A stretch of DNA of 64,000 nucleotides from Octopus sinensis (taxonomy: Eukaryota): contig NC_043001.1 in NCBI RefSeq assembly GCF_006345805.1, forward strand, positions 38,626,001-38,690,000. Direction: 5' to 3'. The position numbers were made by a program, and so were the translations under genes. This document shows positions 45,941-58,162 of this stretch, in pieces. Each line of letters starts with the position of its first letter. The stretch's first letter is position 1. The notes under the pieces are model-generated. The model was not told the origin of the DNA. It saw only the letters and a program-made list of their open reading frames with translations, and did not search any database.

Positions 45941-47419
45941 TGAAGCAAAGAAATTTTCAGTTTCTAAAAAAAATGCTCTTTGTGATGTGGCTTGCTAATT
46001 TTGCATAAATGAGATCACTATGAGGGATTAGCAGGGTCAATAAGGAGGTTGTACTGCAAGTTCTTGGCATAAATAATGATTTTGTCTTGATAGGGTGTTC
46101 TGACAAAATTTGATAATTTTTTAGGTTTTCTTTTTTCAGGAACAGTTTGATGTATTGGTGAACTAACAATGGCATTGGAAAGTATAAAGATTTTAAGTTG
46201 TAGTTGAGAAAATGTTAGCTGATATGGAGGACTGGAAGCCGTCTGAATATCAGAAAAGTGTTACCTACATCCTGATGATTTGCACCAGATATTAAAATGC
46301 CAACACCATGACTACTGCTGAATTCTCTGTGAACGCCATAAAGGCTGTAAGACTAGGCATGGACAGCTGCAATGGAGACTATGAAGCCATGATCAACAGG
46401 AAGAGACAGTGATGGTGATGTCATCTTGCTCCATATCTTTGAACAAAGCCTCAGGCTCAATTTAGATGGCTATATAAAGCTGGTGGAGACTGTGATCAAA
46501 TACTGGCTGAAAAGGATTACTGCTGGAAGGTCACATATGTGGCAGCATGATTCAGAGACATTGCCATAACCTCCAGAAAGTGTCAAAAGTGGTTGTCCAA
46601 GAATTTCTACAACTTCACCAACTCCAATTTCTGTTTCTGGCCTCCTATTTATCCCATGTAATCCCATGAGTTACTTGAGTAAGGTGTTGTTGATAAAGGC
46701 ACCGACTGCTTTGCCCGCAACACATAGCCAAGCTGGTGGTCAAAGTCAAGGAGGTGTTCAAGACCTTCTCAGAGACTAGTGAGAACATAGGGCCAGGTTC
46801 CAGAGCCATCTTGAGCTGTGTGGAAGCTGAGGATGACTACTCTGAGTAAACTGTTATCGCCTATCCATAATCTAAGTTAATCCTTTTTTATTTTTAAAAA
46901 ATACTTTCAATCTTTGAGAAAGAAGAGTTCTGTCAACTTGATTTGTTCTACACCTACTATAATCAGTTTACATGGTACCTTCTTCAACTGAATAATGATA
47001 GGTCTAGCCACCCAATGTCATCACAAGTCATTCTTGTATTAGAGCACTGGAAATGGTATTCTGTTTCATATTAAGCAACCAAAAGTTATTCTAATATTTT
47101 GTGGTGAATTTCTGTCAAAGACAGGAATATGCTTGTTATATTCTAATTAACTAACTTTGAGGGTAGTAAATCTTATGATAAACAATTTGTATTAATTCAA
47201 AATTAGAAAAAGTCAACTCTGCAGGGTAATTGGCACTAGGAAGGGCATCTAGGCATAAAAGCCATGCCAAAACAGACACTGAAGCCTCGTGCAGTCTTCT
47301 GCTTAGTCAGCTCCTGTCAAACCATCCAACACATGCCAGTATACAAGGTAGACATTAAATATATGATGGTGATGTTTACATACATACATATAAACGTATA
47401 CAGACATATACATATATAC

Positions 47420-48780
47420 ACATCATCATCATTGTCATTTAGTGTCTGCTTTCCATGCTGGCATGGGTTGGACGGTTTGACTGAGGACTGGCAAACTGGA
47501 AGGCTGTACCAGGCTCCAATCCAATCCAGCAAAGTTTCTACAGCTGGATGCCCTTCCTAACATTGACCACTCTGAGAGAGAATGGTGCTTTTTTATGTGC
47601 TGCCAGTATGAGGGCCAGTCAGGTACTGGCTTTTTACGTACCACCAGCCAGCACTGGCATTGACTACACTTGAATGGTGCTTTTTACATGCCACCGCATG
47701 GGACTAGTCAGTTGGCACTGGCAATGATCATGCTCAAATGGTGCTTTTAACGTCCCATTGGCACGGGTGACAATCAGGCAGTACAGTCATTGGCCATGAC
47801 AAGGATTTCACTTGCTTCAACAGGTCTTCGTAAGCGCAGTTTATTGCCCAATGATTGAAGGGTACTCTGAAATGGGTTGGTTATGCTGCACTGGCATAGG
47901 CCACAGTTACAGTCTCACTTGGCTTGCCGGGTCTTCTCAAGCACAGCATATCTCCAAAGGTCTCGGTCACTTGTCATCGCTTCGGTGAGGCCAAACATTT
48001 GAAGCTTGTGTTCACCCATGTCATCCCAGGTCCTTTGATATTGCTGCACCTCTTGTGTGTCCATAGCTTACACTGGGTATATCTTATGGAATTTCTATCT
48101 ACACCTTTTCTACAGATTGAGCAGGACCATCTACCTGAAGGGATTTGTGGTTTGTCTGCCTTCCTACATTTTAATACTCGGTTTTTGCTAGATTGACTCT
48201 AAGGCCCTTCGATTCTAGACCTTGCTTCCACACCTGAAACTTCTCTAGTTCTGACAGTGACTCAGCTATTAGAGCAAGGCCATCACCATAGAGAAGCTCC
48301 CAGAGGTATCCTGTCTTGGATTCTTCCATTATTGCCTGGAGGACTATGATGAATAAGATGGGGCTGACGACTTGATTCTTGATGGACCCCTACTCCTACC
48401 TGGAATTCTTCAGAATACTTGTTGCCAACCCTCACCTTACTGACAGCATCCCTGTACATGGCTTGTACAGTTCTCACTAACCAATCATCTATCCCTAGTT
48501 TCCACATTGACCACCAGATAAGGGATTGGGGGACCCTGTCAAAGGCTTTTTCCATGTCAATGAAAGCTAGGTACAGAGGTTTATCTTTGGCTAGGTATTT
48601 CTCCTGCAGCTGTCTTACCAGAACTATAGTATCAGTGGTGCTTTTCCCTGGCACAAACCCAAACTGCATCTCATCGAGACTGACTCTCTCCCTAATTAGT
48701 TGGGCTATGACCCTCTCCATGACTTTCATTACCTGATCCAATAACTTGGTACCTCTGTAATGCTGTTTGTATCAACCAGG
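47420..48780 (-). mobile_element. Internally deleted RTE-clade LINE
   Basis: 3'UTR, zinc-finger segment, and RT segment MDQVMKVMERVIAQLIRERVSLDEMQFGFVPGKST...DMEKAFDRVP. Confidence 0.88.
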
Positions 48781-48789
48781 TCAAAGCAG

Positions 48790-50990
48790 GTCAAAAAACA
48801 AAGGCTATATGTATCATGGTGTGTGTGTTGTGTTTAGTGTGTGTGGTTGTGTGCATGTGTGTGTTCGTGTGTTGTATGCATAGAGTGTGGGTGTGTGCCG
48901 AAGTAGCTGCTAACCTAGTGCGTGTGTGCTTGTACGTGCGTGTGTGTAGGGATGTATGTGTGGGTTCATTTGTGTGAGAGTGTATGTATGACGTGTAGGG
49001 TGGCATGTATGTGTGCATTTGTATGTGTGTATGTGTGCGTGGGCGGATAGGTGTGTATTGTGTATGTATATCTGTCGGTGTGTATGTGAGTTTGTGTGTG
49101 TTTGTACGTGTGTATGTGTGTGTGAGTGTATAGTATATTATATATGTAAATGTGTGTGTGGGTGCGTGTGTGTGTACATGCGTGCGTGTGCTGATTTTTG
49201 TAATATGTGTGCGTGTGACAATGTAGAGGCTTTATATGTGTGTTTATATGTTTATATGTGTGTGTGTGTATGTATGTGTGTATGTGATGTATGTATAGTA
49301 TGCGTGTGTGTATGTATGTATGTGTGTATGTATGTATGCATGTGTGTATGTATGTAGTGTTGTGTATGTGTTGTATATGTATGCGTGTGTGTATGTATGT
49401 ATGTGTGTATGTGTGTGTATGTGTGTGTGTATGTATGTGTGTGTGTGTATGTATGTATGTACGTACGTATGTATGTATGTGTGTGTGTATGTGTGTAAGT
49501 GTGTGTGTGTATGTATGTATGTACGTATGTGTGTATGTATTTTTGCATGCGTGTATGTGTGTATGTGCGTGTGTGTACATATGTATGTATATGTATGTGT
49601 GTGTATGTATCTATGTATGTAGTGTATGTGTGTGTGTGTATGTATGTATGTGTGCATGCGTGTGTGTGTGTATGTATGTATGTATATATATGTGTGTGTA
49701 TGTGTGTGTGTATGTGTGTATGTATGTGCGTATGTATGTATGTATGTGTGTGTATGTGTGTGTGTATGTGTGTGTGTATGTGTGTGTATGTATGTGTGTG
49801 TATGTATGTGTGTGTATGTGTGTAAGTTTGTGTGTGTGTATGTATGTACGTGTGTGTGTATGTATTTGTGTATATGTATGTATGTATGTGTGCGTGCGTG
49901 TGTGTGTGTGTGTGTATGTGTGTATGTATGTATGTATGTATATGTACGCGTGTGTGTATGTATGTGTGTATGTGTGTATAGTATGTATGTGTGTGTATAT
50001 ATGTATGTGTGCATGCGTGTATGTGTGCATGTGTGTGTCCGTATTTATGTATATGTATGTGTGTGTGTATGTATATATGTGTCTATGTATGTATGTGTGT
50101 ATGTGCGTGTGTGTATGTATGAGTGTGTGTATGTATGTATGTATGTAAGTGTGTGTGTGTGTACGTATGTGCGTATGTATGTGTGTGTGTATGTATGTGT
50201 ATATATGTATGTATGTGTGCATGCGTGTATGTGTGTATGTGCGTGTGTGTACGTGTGTATATGTATGTGTGTGTATGTATGTATATGTATGTGTGTGTGT
50301 ATGTGTGTATGTATGTATGTGTGTATGTATGTGTGTGTGTATGTATGTATATGTATGTGTGTGTATGTGTGTGTATGTGTGTGTATGTATGCATGTATGT
50401 ATGTGTGTGTATGTATGTGTGCGTGCGTGTGTGTGGGTATGTGTGTGTGCATGTATGTTTGTATATATATGTATGTGTGTGTATGTATGTATGTGTGTAT
50501 GTATGTGTGTGTGTGAATGTATGTATGTGTGCATATGTGTATGTGTGTGTATGTATGTGTGTATGTATGTATGTGTGTGTATGTATGTGTGTGTGTATGT
50601 ATGTATGAATGTATGTATGTATGCGTGTGTGTGTATGTATGAATGTATCTATGTATGTATTATGTGTGTGTACGTATGTGTGTGTGTGAATGTATACGTG
50701 TGGGGGGTTTGGAGTTGTGTGGGCGTAAGGTACATGTGCGTGTGTGCGCTTACGTGCGTGTATCTGTGCGTCTCAGCTAGGTGTTTATAGGAGTGTGCGT
50801 ATCTGTATGAGTATTGTCCTCGGTGTGTGTGCACGGGCATGTGTGTGTGTGCGCATGATGGGGTGTGGGTGTGTGTATAGGTGTGGAAGTATGTGTGGCG
50901 TACATGTGCATGTACGTTGTGTGTGTGTGGTGGTGGGAGTAGGTGTGTTCGTGGGTACGTAGTATGTGTGGTGTGTGACTGCATAAGGAC
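48790..50990. repeat. ~2.2 kb compound TG/TATG microsatellite
   Basis: Continuous imperfect tgtg/tatg repeats; the source of the HTYI- and VCMY-rich pseudo-ORFs. Confidence 0.97.
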
Positions 50991-51009
50991 AATTATAAAA
51001 ATTAAAAAA

Positions 51010-51370
51010 ATCTCTTATTATAAAAGGCAGATTTTATCTGCCTCCCTTTGGGAGTTATACAAATCTACAATATAGGATTTCTTCAATTACAATTTACCTA
51101 GCATTTTTAAGAGTACAATGCATCGCGTCATGCCAGGTCCAGTTTTAAAATTTAACTCCAATTAAGCGAAATTTACAGAAAACTCACATTCTGGTGTGTG
51201 TGTCAAATGCTTTTCTTAGTCTGGTTTACACCACACGCAAACGCACACACACACTGGGCAACGAATAATAAAATGAAAGTAATTCAATACTGTAGTGAGT
51301 GATTCTTCACTCGCCTCCCACTTCCTGTTTCCACACAGACACGCAAATATATAAATAAAATTGTAAGCTA
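51010..51370 (+). mobile_element. Possible 5' part of a non-autonomous Helitron
   Basis: Begins a|TCTCTTATTATAAAAGG, similar to the Helitron start at 52524; no 3' hairpin or CTAG found. Confidence 0.4.
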
Positions 51371-51494
51371 ACGTGCGTGTGTAGTGGTTGTGGTGTGTGT
51401 GCGTGTGTGTGTGTGTGTGAGGGTGCGTGTGTGTGTGTGTGTGTGCGTGGCGTGAGTGTGTGACAGGAAAGGAATATAAGACCTTATCCAGTAG

Positions 51495-51760
51495 CAGAAA
51501 GATAAGACAGTAAGGTGTGATTTGATGGAGATTTGGCTGCTATTTCTACAATGTCTAGCTGCCATGTAGGAGTCTCCACATAGGCTCATACATACATTAG
51601 ATAATAGATAAGACAGTAAGGGTGTGATTTGGGGGAAATTTGGCTGCTATTTCTACCAGGTCTAGCTACCATGTAGAGTCCCCCTCATTGGCTCATAAAT
51701 ATATACATACATAAGACAGTAAGGTGTGATTTGAGGGAGATTTGGCTGCTGTTTCTACCG
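51495..51760 (+). repeat. ~100-bp tandem repeat, about 2.6 copies
   Basis: ataagacagtaagg(g)tgtgatttg...atttggctgct.tttctac recurs at ~51500, ~51607 and ~51711. Confidence 0.85.
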
Positions 51761-51829
51761 GTCTGTTAGGCCTTCTCATGTAAACTCAAGCTTTCTCATG
51801 CCTTGAACATAAGACCAAAGCAGAGAATG

Positions 51830-52060
51830 TATTCTTTTATTATTCTTGCTTTTTCCAGCCATTGGTCTGTGGCCATGCTGGGGCAATGCCTTGAAGAATT
51901 GTAGTTTAATGAATCAGCTCCAGTTTTATTTTTGTAAGCATTGTACTTATTCTATCTGTTTCCTTTGTCAAACCACTAGGTGACAGGGATGTAAACAAAC
52001 CAACATTCGTTGTCAAGCAGTGGTGGAGGACAATCACAAGCACAGACACGCACACACACA
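51830..52060 (-). mobile_element. SINE 3' half
   Basis: Reverse complement of the 3' half of the SINE at 15515-15903. Confidence 0.7.
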
Positions 52061-52122
52061 CACATACATGCATACACATATACACACATACATATATATA
52101 TATATATGTGTGTATATATATA

Positions 52123-52380
52123 TTGCAGCGTGGAAGGTGTTTGTAAGCCATTTAAGAAACACACAAAAACCGTTACATTCACTTCAACATTTAAATTTAA
52201 TTTGCCAAAATATTTCATCGCTTTGAGACCGCGACCTGTTCACTGACAAAAATATCGTGCTAACAGGTCGCGGTCTCAAAGCGACGAAAATATTTTGACA
52301 AATTAAATTTAAATGTTGAAGTGAATCTAACGGTTTTTGTGTGTTTCTTAAATGGCTTATAAACACCTTCAACGCTGCAA
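52123..52380. repeat. Long inverted repeat: ~118-bp arms (52123-52240 and 52262-52380), 21-nt spacer
   Basis: The arms are near-perfect reverse complements of each other. Confidence 0.92.
52201..52250 (-). ncRNA. Second, slightly decayed G3:C8 hammerhead-like motif
   Basis: Minus strand TTTGTCA-GTGAACA-G-GTCGC..GCGAT-GAAA-TATTTT-GGCAAA; one A is missing in stem III relative to 30796-30846. Confidence 0.45.
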
Positions 52381-52523
52381 CTGTTTTTGTTCCAGCACAC
52401 GATCTCAGATCAAGTCACTTGCTATGCAAGTACATCTCTGTAACTATATATATATGATATTGGTAAAAACAGTAAGATAACAAAAGAAAGAAAGAGACCT
52501 CAATATTATGTAAATAGAGGAAA

Positions 52524-52917
52524 TCTTTATATATAAAAGTGAGGTTGTGTGTCTGTCTCCTACGATTTAGATTCCTAACTACTCCCACATTTTGCGGTGC
52601 AGTTTAACCAAAACGGGTATCTTATAGTCGTGATTCATATCGAGACCGTCTGGGTATTAGCGCGCGTTTACGATGAGTCTACGATTTAAAAAAAAATTTA
52701 CCATCAATTTTTCCCATTTTTAATCCATTTTTGACATATATAAGGGAAGTAACTCTCTAAAATTTATTATTAAATCTCAGAACGTAAAAAGCTACAGTAA
52801 CACCCCTCCCCCTTTGTGGTTAGCCATATTGAGATGGCTATTATACTTAACATCTCTAAAAATGCTTATATAATTATTTCCCTTACAAACCCGAGCAACG
52901 CCGGGCGATACTGCTAG
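52524..52917 (+). mobile_element. Complete non-autonomous Helitron (394 bp)
   Basis: 5' a|TCTTTATATATAAAAG; subterminal hairpin CCCG-agcaacgc-CGGG (52890-52905); 3' CTAG|t; inserted at an AT dinucleotide with no TSD. Confidence 0.88.
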
Positions 52918-52989
52918 TATAAAATAAAAAATAAATAATAATTAATAAACAAAAAATAAAAGATGCTAGTGGGGAGAAGTGGAGCGCAG

Positions 52990-53440
52990 TCACTAAGAGG
53001 AGGGGGCTGTGTTGAGTCCGTGTGGGGTTAGAGTCTGTAGAAGGAATATGAACCGTTGCTCCAAGTGAAGCCTAGATTGTGGAGAGCCGTTGTGTGGGGC
53101 AAGACCAAACACCGAGATGTCATCGGGGGAATGGCTGGCCGAGCGGAAGTGACGTGAGAATTGGAAAGTAGACGAACATCCCTCAGATGCTCGGCGAATC
53201 GGTCTGACAACCGGCATCCCGTCTGTCCTATATACAGCATTCTGCAGCGGTTGCATTTAATGCAGTATATGAGTCCAGACAAGGTGCACGTAAAGGAATG
53301 CCTGATACGTACAGTTCGCCGGTTGGAACCGGTGACAGCAGTGGTGTTGGTGATGAAGGGGCAGGTGTTGCAGCGGGATCTGGAGCATGGGAAGGATCTG
53401 AGTGGGGCCGAGGGGGAAGAAGGGAGGGTGCTACATATAT
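52990..53440 (-). mobile_element. Penelope-like GIY-YIG endonuclease fragment
   Basis: FPCSRSRCNTCPFI...FTCTLSGLIYCIKCNRCRMLYIGQTGCRLSDRFAEHLRDVR in ORF 53028-53558. Confidence 0.9.
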
Positions 53441-53593
53441 GGGTATATATTATATACACCCACACACATGTGTATGTGTGTGTGTATGTATGTATGTATG
53501 TATGTGTGTATATATATATATGTATAAGAATTGTTTGTGTAATAACCAAAAAAACCAAGGGTGTGTAGATATTAGAGCATTTATAGATAGAAG

Positions 53594-53645
53594 GTCTTAC
53601 AGCTGTTTCTAGGATATTTATTAATTATATCCCTTCATCGGAGAC
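53594..53645 (-). ncRNA. Minimal hammerhead motif (CCGAUGA core)
   Basis: Minus strand GTCT-CCGATGA-AGGGATAT..ATATCCTA-GAAAC-AGCT-GTA-AGAC; stem I GTCT/AGAC; palindromic stem III; GUA site. Confidence 0.65.
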
Positions 53646-54210
53646 TGTGAGAGGATAGTTAAGTCATAGTTAGTTTAGATGTAATACAAAATGGAGAGTG
53701 AGGTGGAGGAAAGAAAACAGATGCAAAATATGTATGGGTATTGAAGTTGTAAATCCATTTTTTAAGCATAATGGTATATATGCAATATTATTATTGTCAG
53801 TTCTATATTTTTGATTATCGTGGAAAAAAGCCTTCCATCACATTCTTTGGATTAGGTCCTTAGTTTTGGAAAGGAGGAGTAAGAGGAAAGTCTTTTGTGA
53901 AGGAACAGGTGTGTCCTTAAGAGAGATGCCAAGGAATTGTTTATCCATTACAGAAGTGTTACCTGGGATAAGTGCTTATAATAGTGCGAAGTTGAGGTTA
54001 TAAGGGATAATGGTATCATTGAGACCCAAAGGTGCCAGATAATGCTGAATAAGTGCTATAGACAGACCATAGTTAAGTTCCAGATTCGGTTATATTGTGA
54101 ATAAAGGGTTCAACGTAGGTTCTATGTCAGCATGTGTATATAAGAATTTTTTGCATAATAAGATAAAAGAACCAATGCCATGTAGATATTAGAGCATTTA
54201 TAGATAGAAG

Positions 54211-54262
54211 GTCTTACCGCAGTTTCTAGGATATTCATTAATTATATCCCTTCATCGGAGAC
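54211..54262 (-). ncRNA. Minimal hammerhead motif (CCGAUGA core), stem III loop TGCG
   Basis: Same as 53594-53645 except GAAAC-TGCG-GTA. Confidence 0.55.
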
Positions 54263-56771
54263 TGTGAGAGGATAGTTAAGTCATAGTTAGTTTAGATGTG
54301 ATACAAAATAGAGAGTAGGGTGCAGGCAAGAAAATAGATGCAAGATATGTATGGGTATTGAAGTTATAAATCCACTTTTTAGGCATAATGGTATATATGC
54401 AATATTATTATAGTCAGTTCTATATTTTTGATTATCGTGGAAAAAAGCCTTCCATCGCATTCTTTGGATTAGGTCCTTAGTTTTGGAAAGGAGGAGTGAG
54501 AGGAAAGTCTTTTGTGAAGGAATAGGTGTGTCCTTTCCACGATAGGAGTTGGTTCTTATGATGAGGTGGTAACAAGGCTACTGGAGTTCTGTAAAGCAAA
54601 TAATCTAATGATCTGCAATAACAACTTCAGGAAACCAGCCAGACACCTGATAATCTATCAATCTGGTGGCCACACTAAAAAGCAAGATACATGGTTGCTT
54701 ATAAATGTAAAGACCTTCCCTAGTGAAAAATGTAACCTCAGCATAGGTTAGTCATTAGCAACTTCAGACTTCAGGCTAGAAGGATTTCAAAAAACAGACC
54801 AGTCTGGAAAAGAAGGATTTGGAAGCTTAAGGATTCTTTGAATAGTCAGAGATTTAGAGACATCCTAATTGACAAGGAGGCAGAATTACAGACATGTAAC
54901 ATAGAGGACAACTGGATGATCTAAGGGACAACTTACTGAGAGCCACAGACCAAATTTGTTGCTGCACAAAGTCCCAAAGAGACCTAGGGTGACATGGTGG
55001 GGAAACAGTGTAGGAGACAGAGCCATTGTGCAAAGATAGCCTGGAAGAGTGGTCGTACCAGAGAACTATATTAGATAGCTAGAAGGGAAATTAGAAGATA
55101 GGTATACTTAGCCAGGGGAGAAGCAGAAAAGAAGTTTGCCAATGTTTTGCGATGTGCGAACCAAAGGCTTGAAGTGTTTTGGATTGCAAGACAGTGTGTC
55201 AGAGAAAATTGTGATATTGTAGGAGAGAAGTGCTTTCGCATGGATGATGGCTCACTGTAAAGAAAGAAGCCTTAAAGTGCCACTATGATAGGCTGTAAAA
55301 TGTAGAGAATGACTGGGAAAAGCTAACCAGCTATCTGAATTGACAGTAGCTTAGAAGATAAAGCAATTAAAGATATAAAAACAAAGAAAGCCCCTGGCCC
55401 ATTAGGGATCACTGCTGAAATACTTAGAATATCTGGTGGGGTGTAACCTAGTCACCCATATAGTTAATCAGGTTGTCCACAGGGAATCATACCCAAAGAC
55501 TGGTGTACCAGCATTATAGTCAACAACTGCAAAAGTAAAGGTGATACCTTAGACAGAAATAATTACAGAGATATCAAATTTCTGGACCAGGTGATGAAAG
55601 TTACAGAAAGGGACATAGCTCAATTAATTAGGAATAGAGTTAGGTTTGATGAGATGCAGTTTGGTTTTGTGTCACGAAGAGACACTACTGATGCTATATT
55701 CCTTGTGAGGCAACTACAAAAGTATTAGTCAAAAACAAACCTCTGTATTTGGTTTTTGATGGCATGGAGAAAGCCTTTGACAGGGTCCTCCACTCCCTCA
55801 TCTGGTGGGCAATGCAGAAGTTAGGGATAAATGAGTGGTTGCTGAGAGCTGTACAAACCATGTACAAAGAGGCTGTTTGTAAGGTGAAAGTTGGCTATGA
55901 GTATACTCATGAATGAATTCATCCCTTTAGTATTAAATTTAGTGTACAGGTAGAAGCTCACCAAGGATTGTGTCTTCTTGTTTATCATAATCCTGCTGAG
56001 GAATTTAAGACAGGCTGTCCTTGTGAGATCCACTAAGCTGATGCCCTAGTTCTTATTGGTGAATCACTATCAGAACTAGAGAAGAAAATTCAAGTGTAGA
56101 AGTAAGGCCTGGAATCAAAGGGCCTTAGAGTCAATTTGCAAAGACTTAAATCCTAGGAAGTAGGAAAACAGACAAATCACTGATCCCTTCAGGGATATAA
56201 CTCTGCTCAATATGTAGAAAAGATAGTAGAAACTCCATATAGTGTAGCCAGTGCAAGCTATGGACACATAAGGGGTGCAGTAGCATCACAGGAAGGTTAA
56301 CAGAGAAAGTAGTCTGTATGTGTGTGACAAATGTGCAGGTACAATAAACACTAGTAATGTACAGAAAATGGACTCCCTCAAATGTCCAGAGGAGTCTTAG
56401 AAGTAAGAGATGGTCTCTCTTATCTAGGCAATGAAAGTAGCAGCAGGGCAGGAAGTTCTGTAAGTGTAGTTGCTAGAATAAGAACAAGCTGGGCAAATTT
56501 CAGACAGCTGCTATCTTTGTTAGGAACAAAGTTCTCTCCCTCAGAGTGAGGACAGATTGTATGATGTCTGTGTATGAACAGCTATACTACATGGCAGTAA
56601 GACATGGGCTGTGACTGCAAAAGACATGCAAAGGCTTGAAAGAAATGAAGCCAGCATGCTCTACTGGACAGGTGATGCCAGTGTTCATGTACAATGGAGT
56701 GTAAATGATTTACGAGAAAAATTGGGTATAAGAGACATCATTTGTAGTGTGCAAAAGAGATGACTGCACTA

Positions 56772-58162
56772 CAGTATTTCCCAATTGAATTCATCCCTTT
56801 CTCAAATGAATGCGTCCTTTTCTCAAATGAATCCGTCCCTTTCTCAAATGAATTTTTCCCTTTCTCAAATGTTAGTGTTAAAGTTAGATTTAAAACATAA
56901 TAATTTAAACCGTTTTAACATGCCAAAGAAGACATACAAGAAAGTAAATGAATAGGATAAAGAAAAGAATATTTTCTACTTCAAGAAACTGAAAAATTAA
57001 AATTGCTCCTTTGATTTTAACTACAGCACAATGAAGACAATTGTGCCGAAAGATTATTCTCTAAAGAAAAAGCATGGGCACTAACAGTGAAAATACATGG
57101 AAAATCATCAACAATTTTTACAAGAATCGATTAACGAGGACCCAGCTTTAAATTTGAAAAGAATGAGAGAACTTTTACAAGAGAAAAATCAATTTGACTG
57201 TTTCATTATCAACTTTTGATTGCTATCTTGATGACTTTGGATACACTCTGAAAAAACTAATAATTCACCCTCAAGAATCAAATAACGAAAACACAAAAAA
57301 GAAGCGATGTTATTATGCAAAATGGCTTCAAGATAATGGGTTGGCCGTTTGTAATGTATATATTGATGAAACAAATTACAACATTTGGATTTCAAAGTAA
57401 ATGATTATTATATTTGCTAAATACTTATATAAAATTTTTGTTTATGAAATATTTTTTACAATCTATTTTGTTTTTGAAGGTCAATGGGCAAATTTAAATG
57501 TTATTGGCCACTATGGATATGTTGGGTCTTGTCCAATTTGAAACATTTAAGGTCACAACTTTCTGCATCAATGTTCGCTAAAGATCGCTGCAACTATATC
57601 AGATCCTGTCATATTTATTATGGACAATGCACACATCCATAAATGTGTCAATGAAATTGATTTCATACCACAATATATGGTTAATTATGTACCTCCTTAT
57701 TCCCCAATGTTTAATTCCATTGAGGAAATGTTCAACGAATCAAAATCTTTTGTGAAGCATTATCTGCAGACTCATAAAAATGATCTCTACAAAAGACCAG
57801 AAAATTTGCCCATGACAATTCATAGAATGAATATTTTAAAAACAGCCTTGTATCTTGCAATGGATTCAATATCTGCTGTAAATTGTGCAAGATATGATCG
57901 ACATCAAACATTTTTCATCCCACAAGCATTGAATATGAAGGATTTGTGAAATATTTGTGATTACAAGAGTTTTAAAATAAATTTAAATCATTTTAAGTTT
58001 AGTTTTTTGTTTATCTCCACTATTCTCATGTTAAGATACTATTTTGTGAACTTGTGTGAACTTACGGGCATCTAATTTCTAAATATTTAAAATCTAAATT
58101 GGCTTTGATATCGAAGGGACAAATTCATTTGAGAAAGGGATGAATTCAATCAGGAAATACTG
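56772..58162 (+). mobile_element. Tc1/IS630-type DNA transposon, 1391 bp, ~40-bp TIRs, TA target duplication
   Basis: TA|CAGTATTTCCCAATTGAATTCATCCCTTTCTCAAATGAAT ... ATTCATTTGAGAAAGGGATGAATTCAATCAGGAAATACTG|TA; four direct CC(C/T)TTTCTCAAATG subrepeats at the left end. Confidence 0.93.
56920..57949 (+). pseudogene. DDE transposase pseudogene with an apparent 83-nt spliceosomal intron (57397-57479)
   Basis: Motifs VYIDETNYNIW, IMDNAHIH and VPPYSPMFNSIEE. The intron is GTAAAT...ttttgtttttgaAG and AT-rich. Stops and frameshifts elsewhere. Confidence 0.8.

Larger units (their letters stand above)
43961..47876 (+). repeat. Near-identical tandem duplication of ~1.95 kb (43961-45940 and 45942-47876)
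   Basis: Both copies begin gaagcaaagaaattttcag and end ctgaaatggg; differences are mostly 1-nt indels. Confidence 0.92.
53560..54535 (-). repeat. Two direct repeats (~320-350 bp) of a Penelope-type terminal repeat flanking a unique spacer
   Basis: 53562-53885 and 54180-54530 are near-identical, and each carries a hammerhead motif. Confidence 0.85.

Noticed and set aside
48791-50992. Many 100-300 aa His/Thr/Tyr- or Val/Cys/Met-rich ORFs
   Set aside because: Stop-free frames of a TG/TATG microsatellite.
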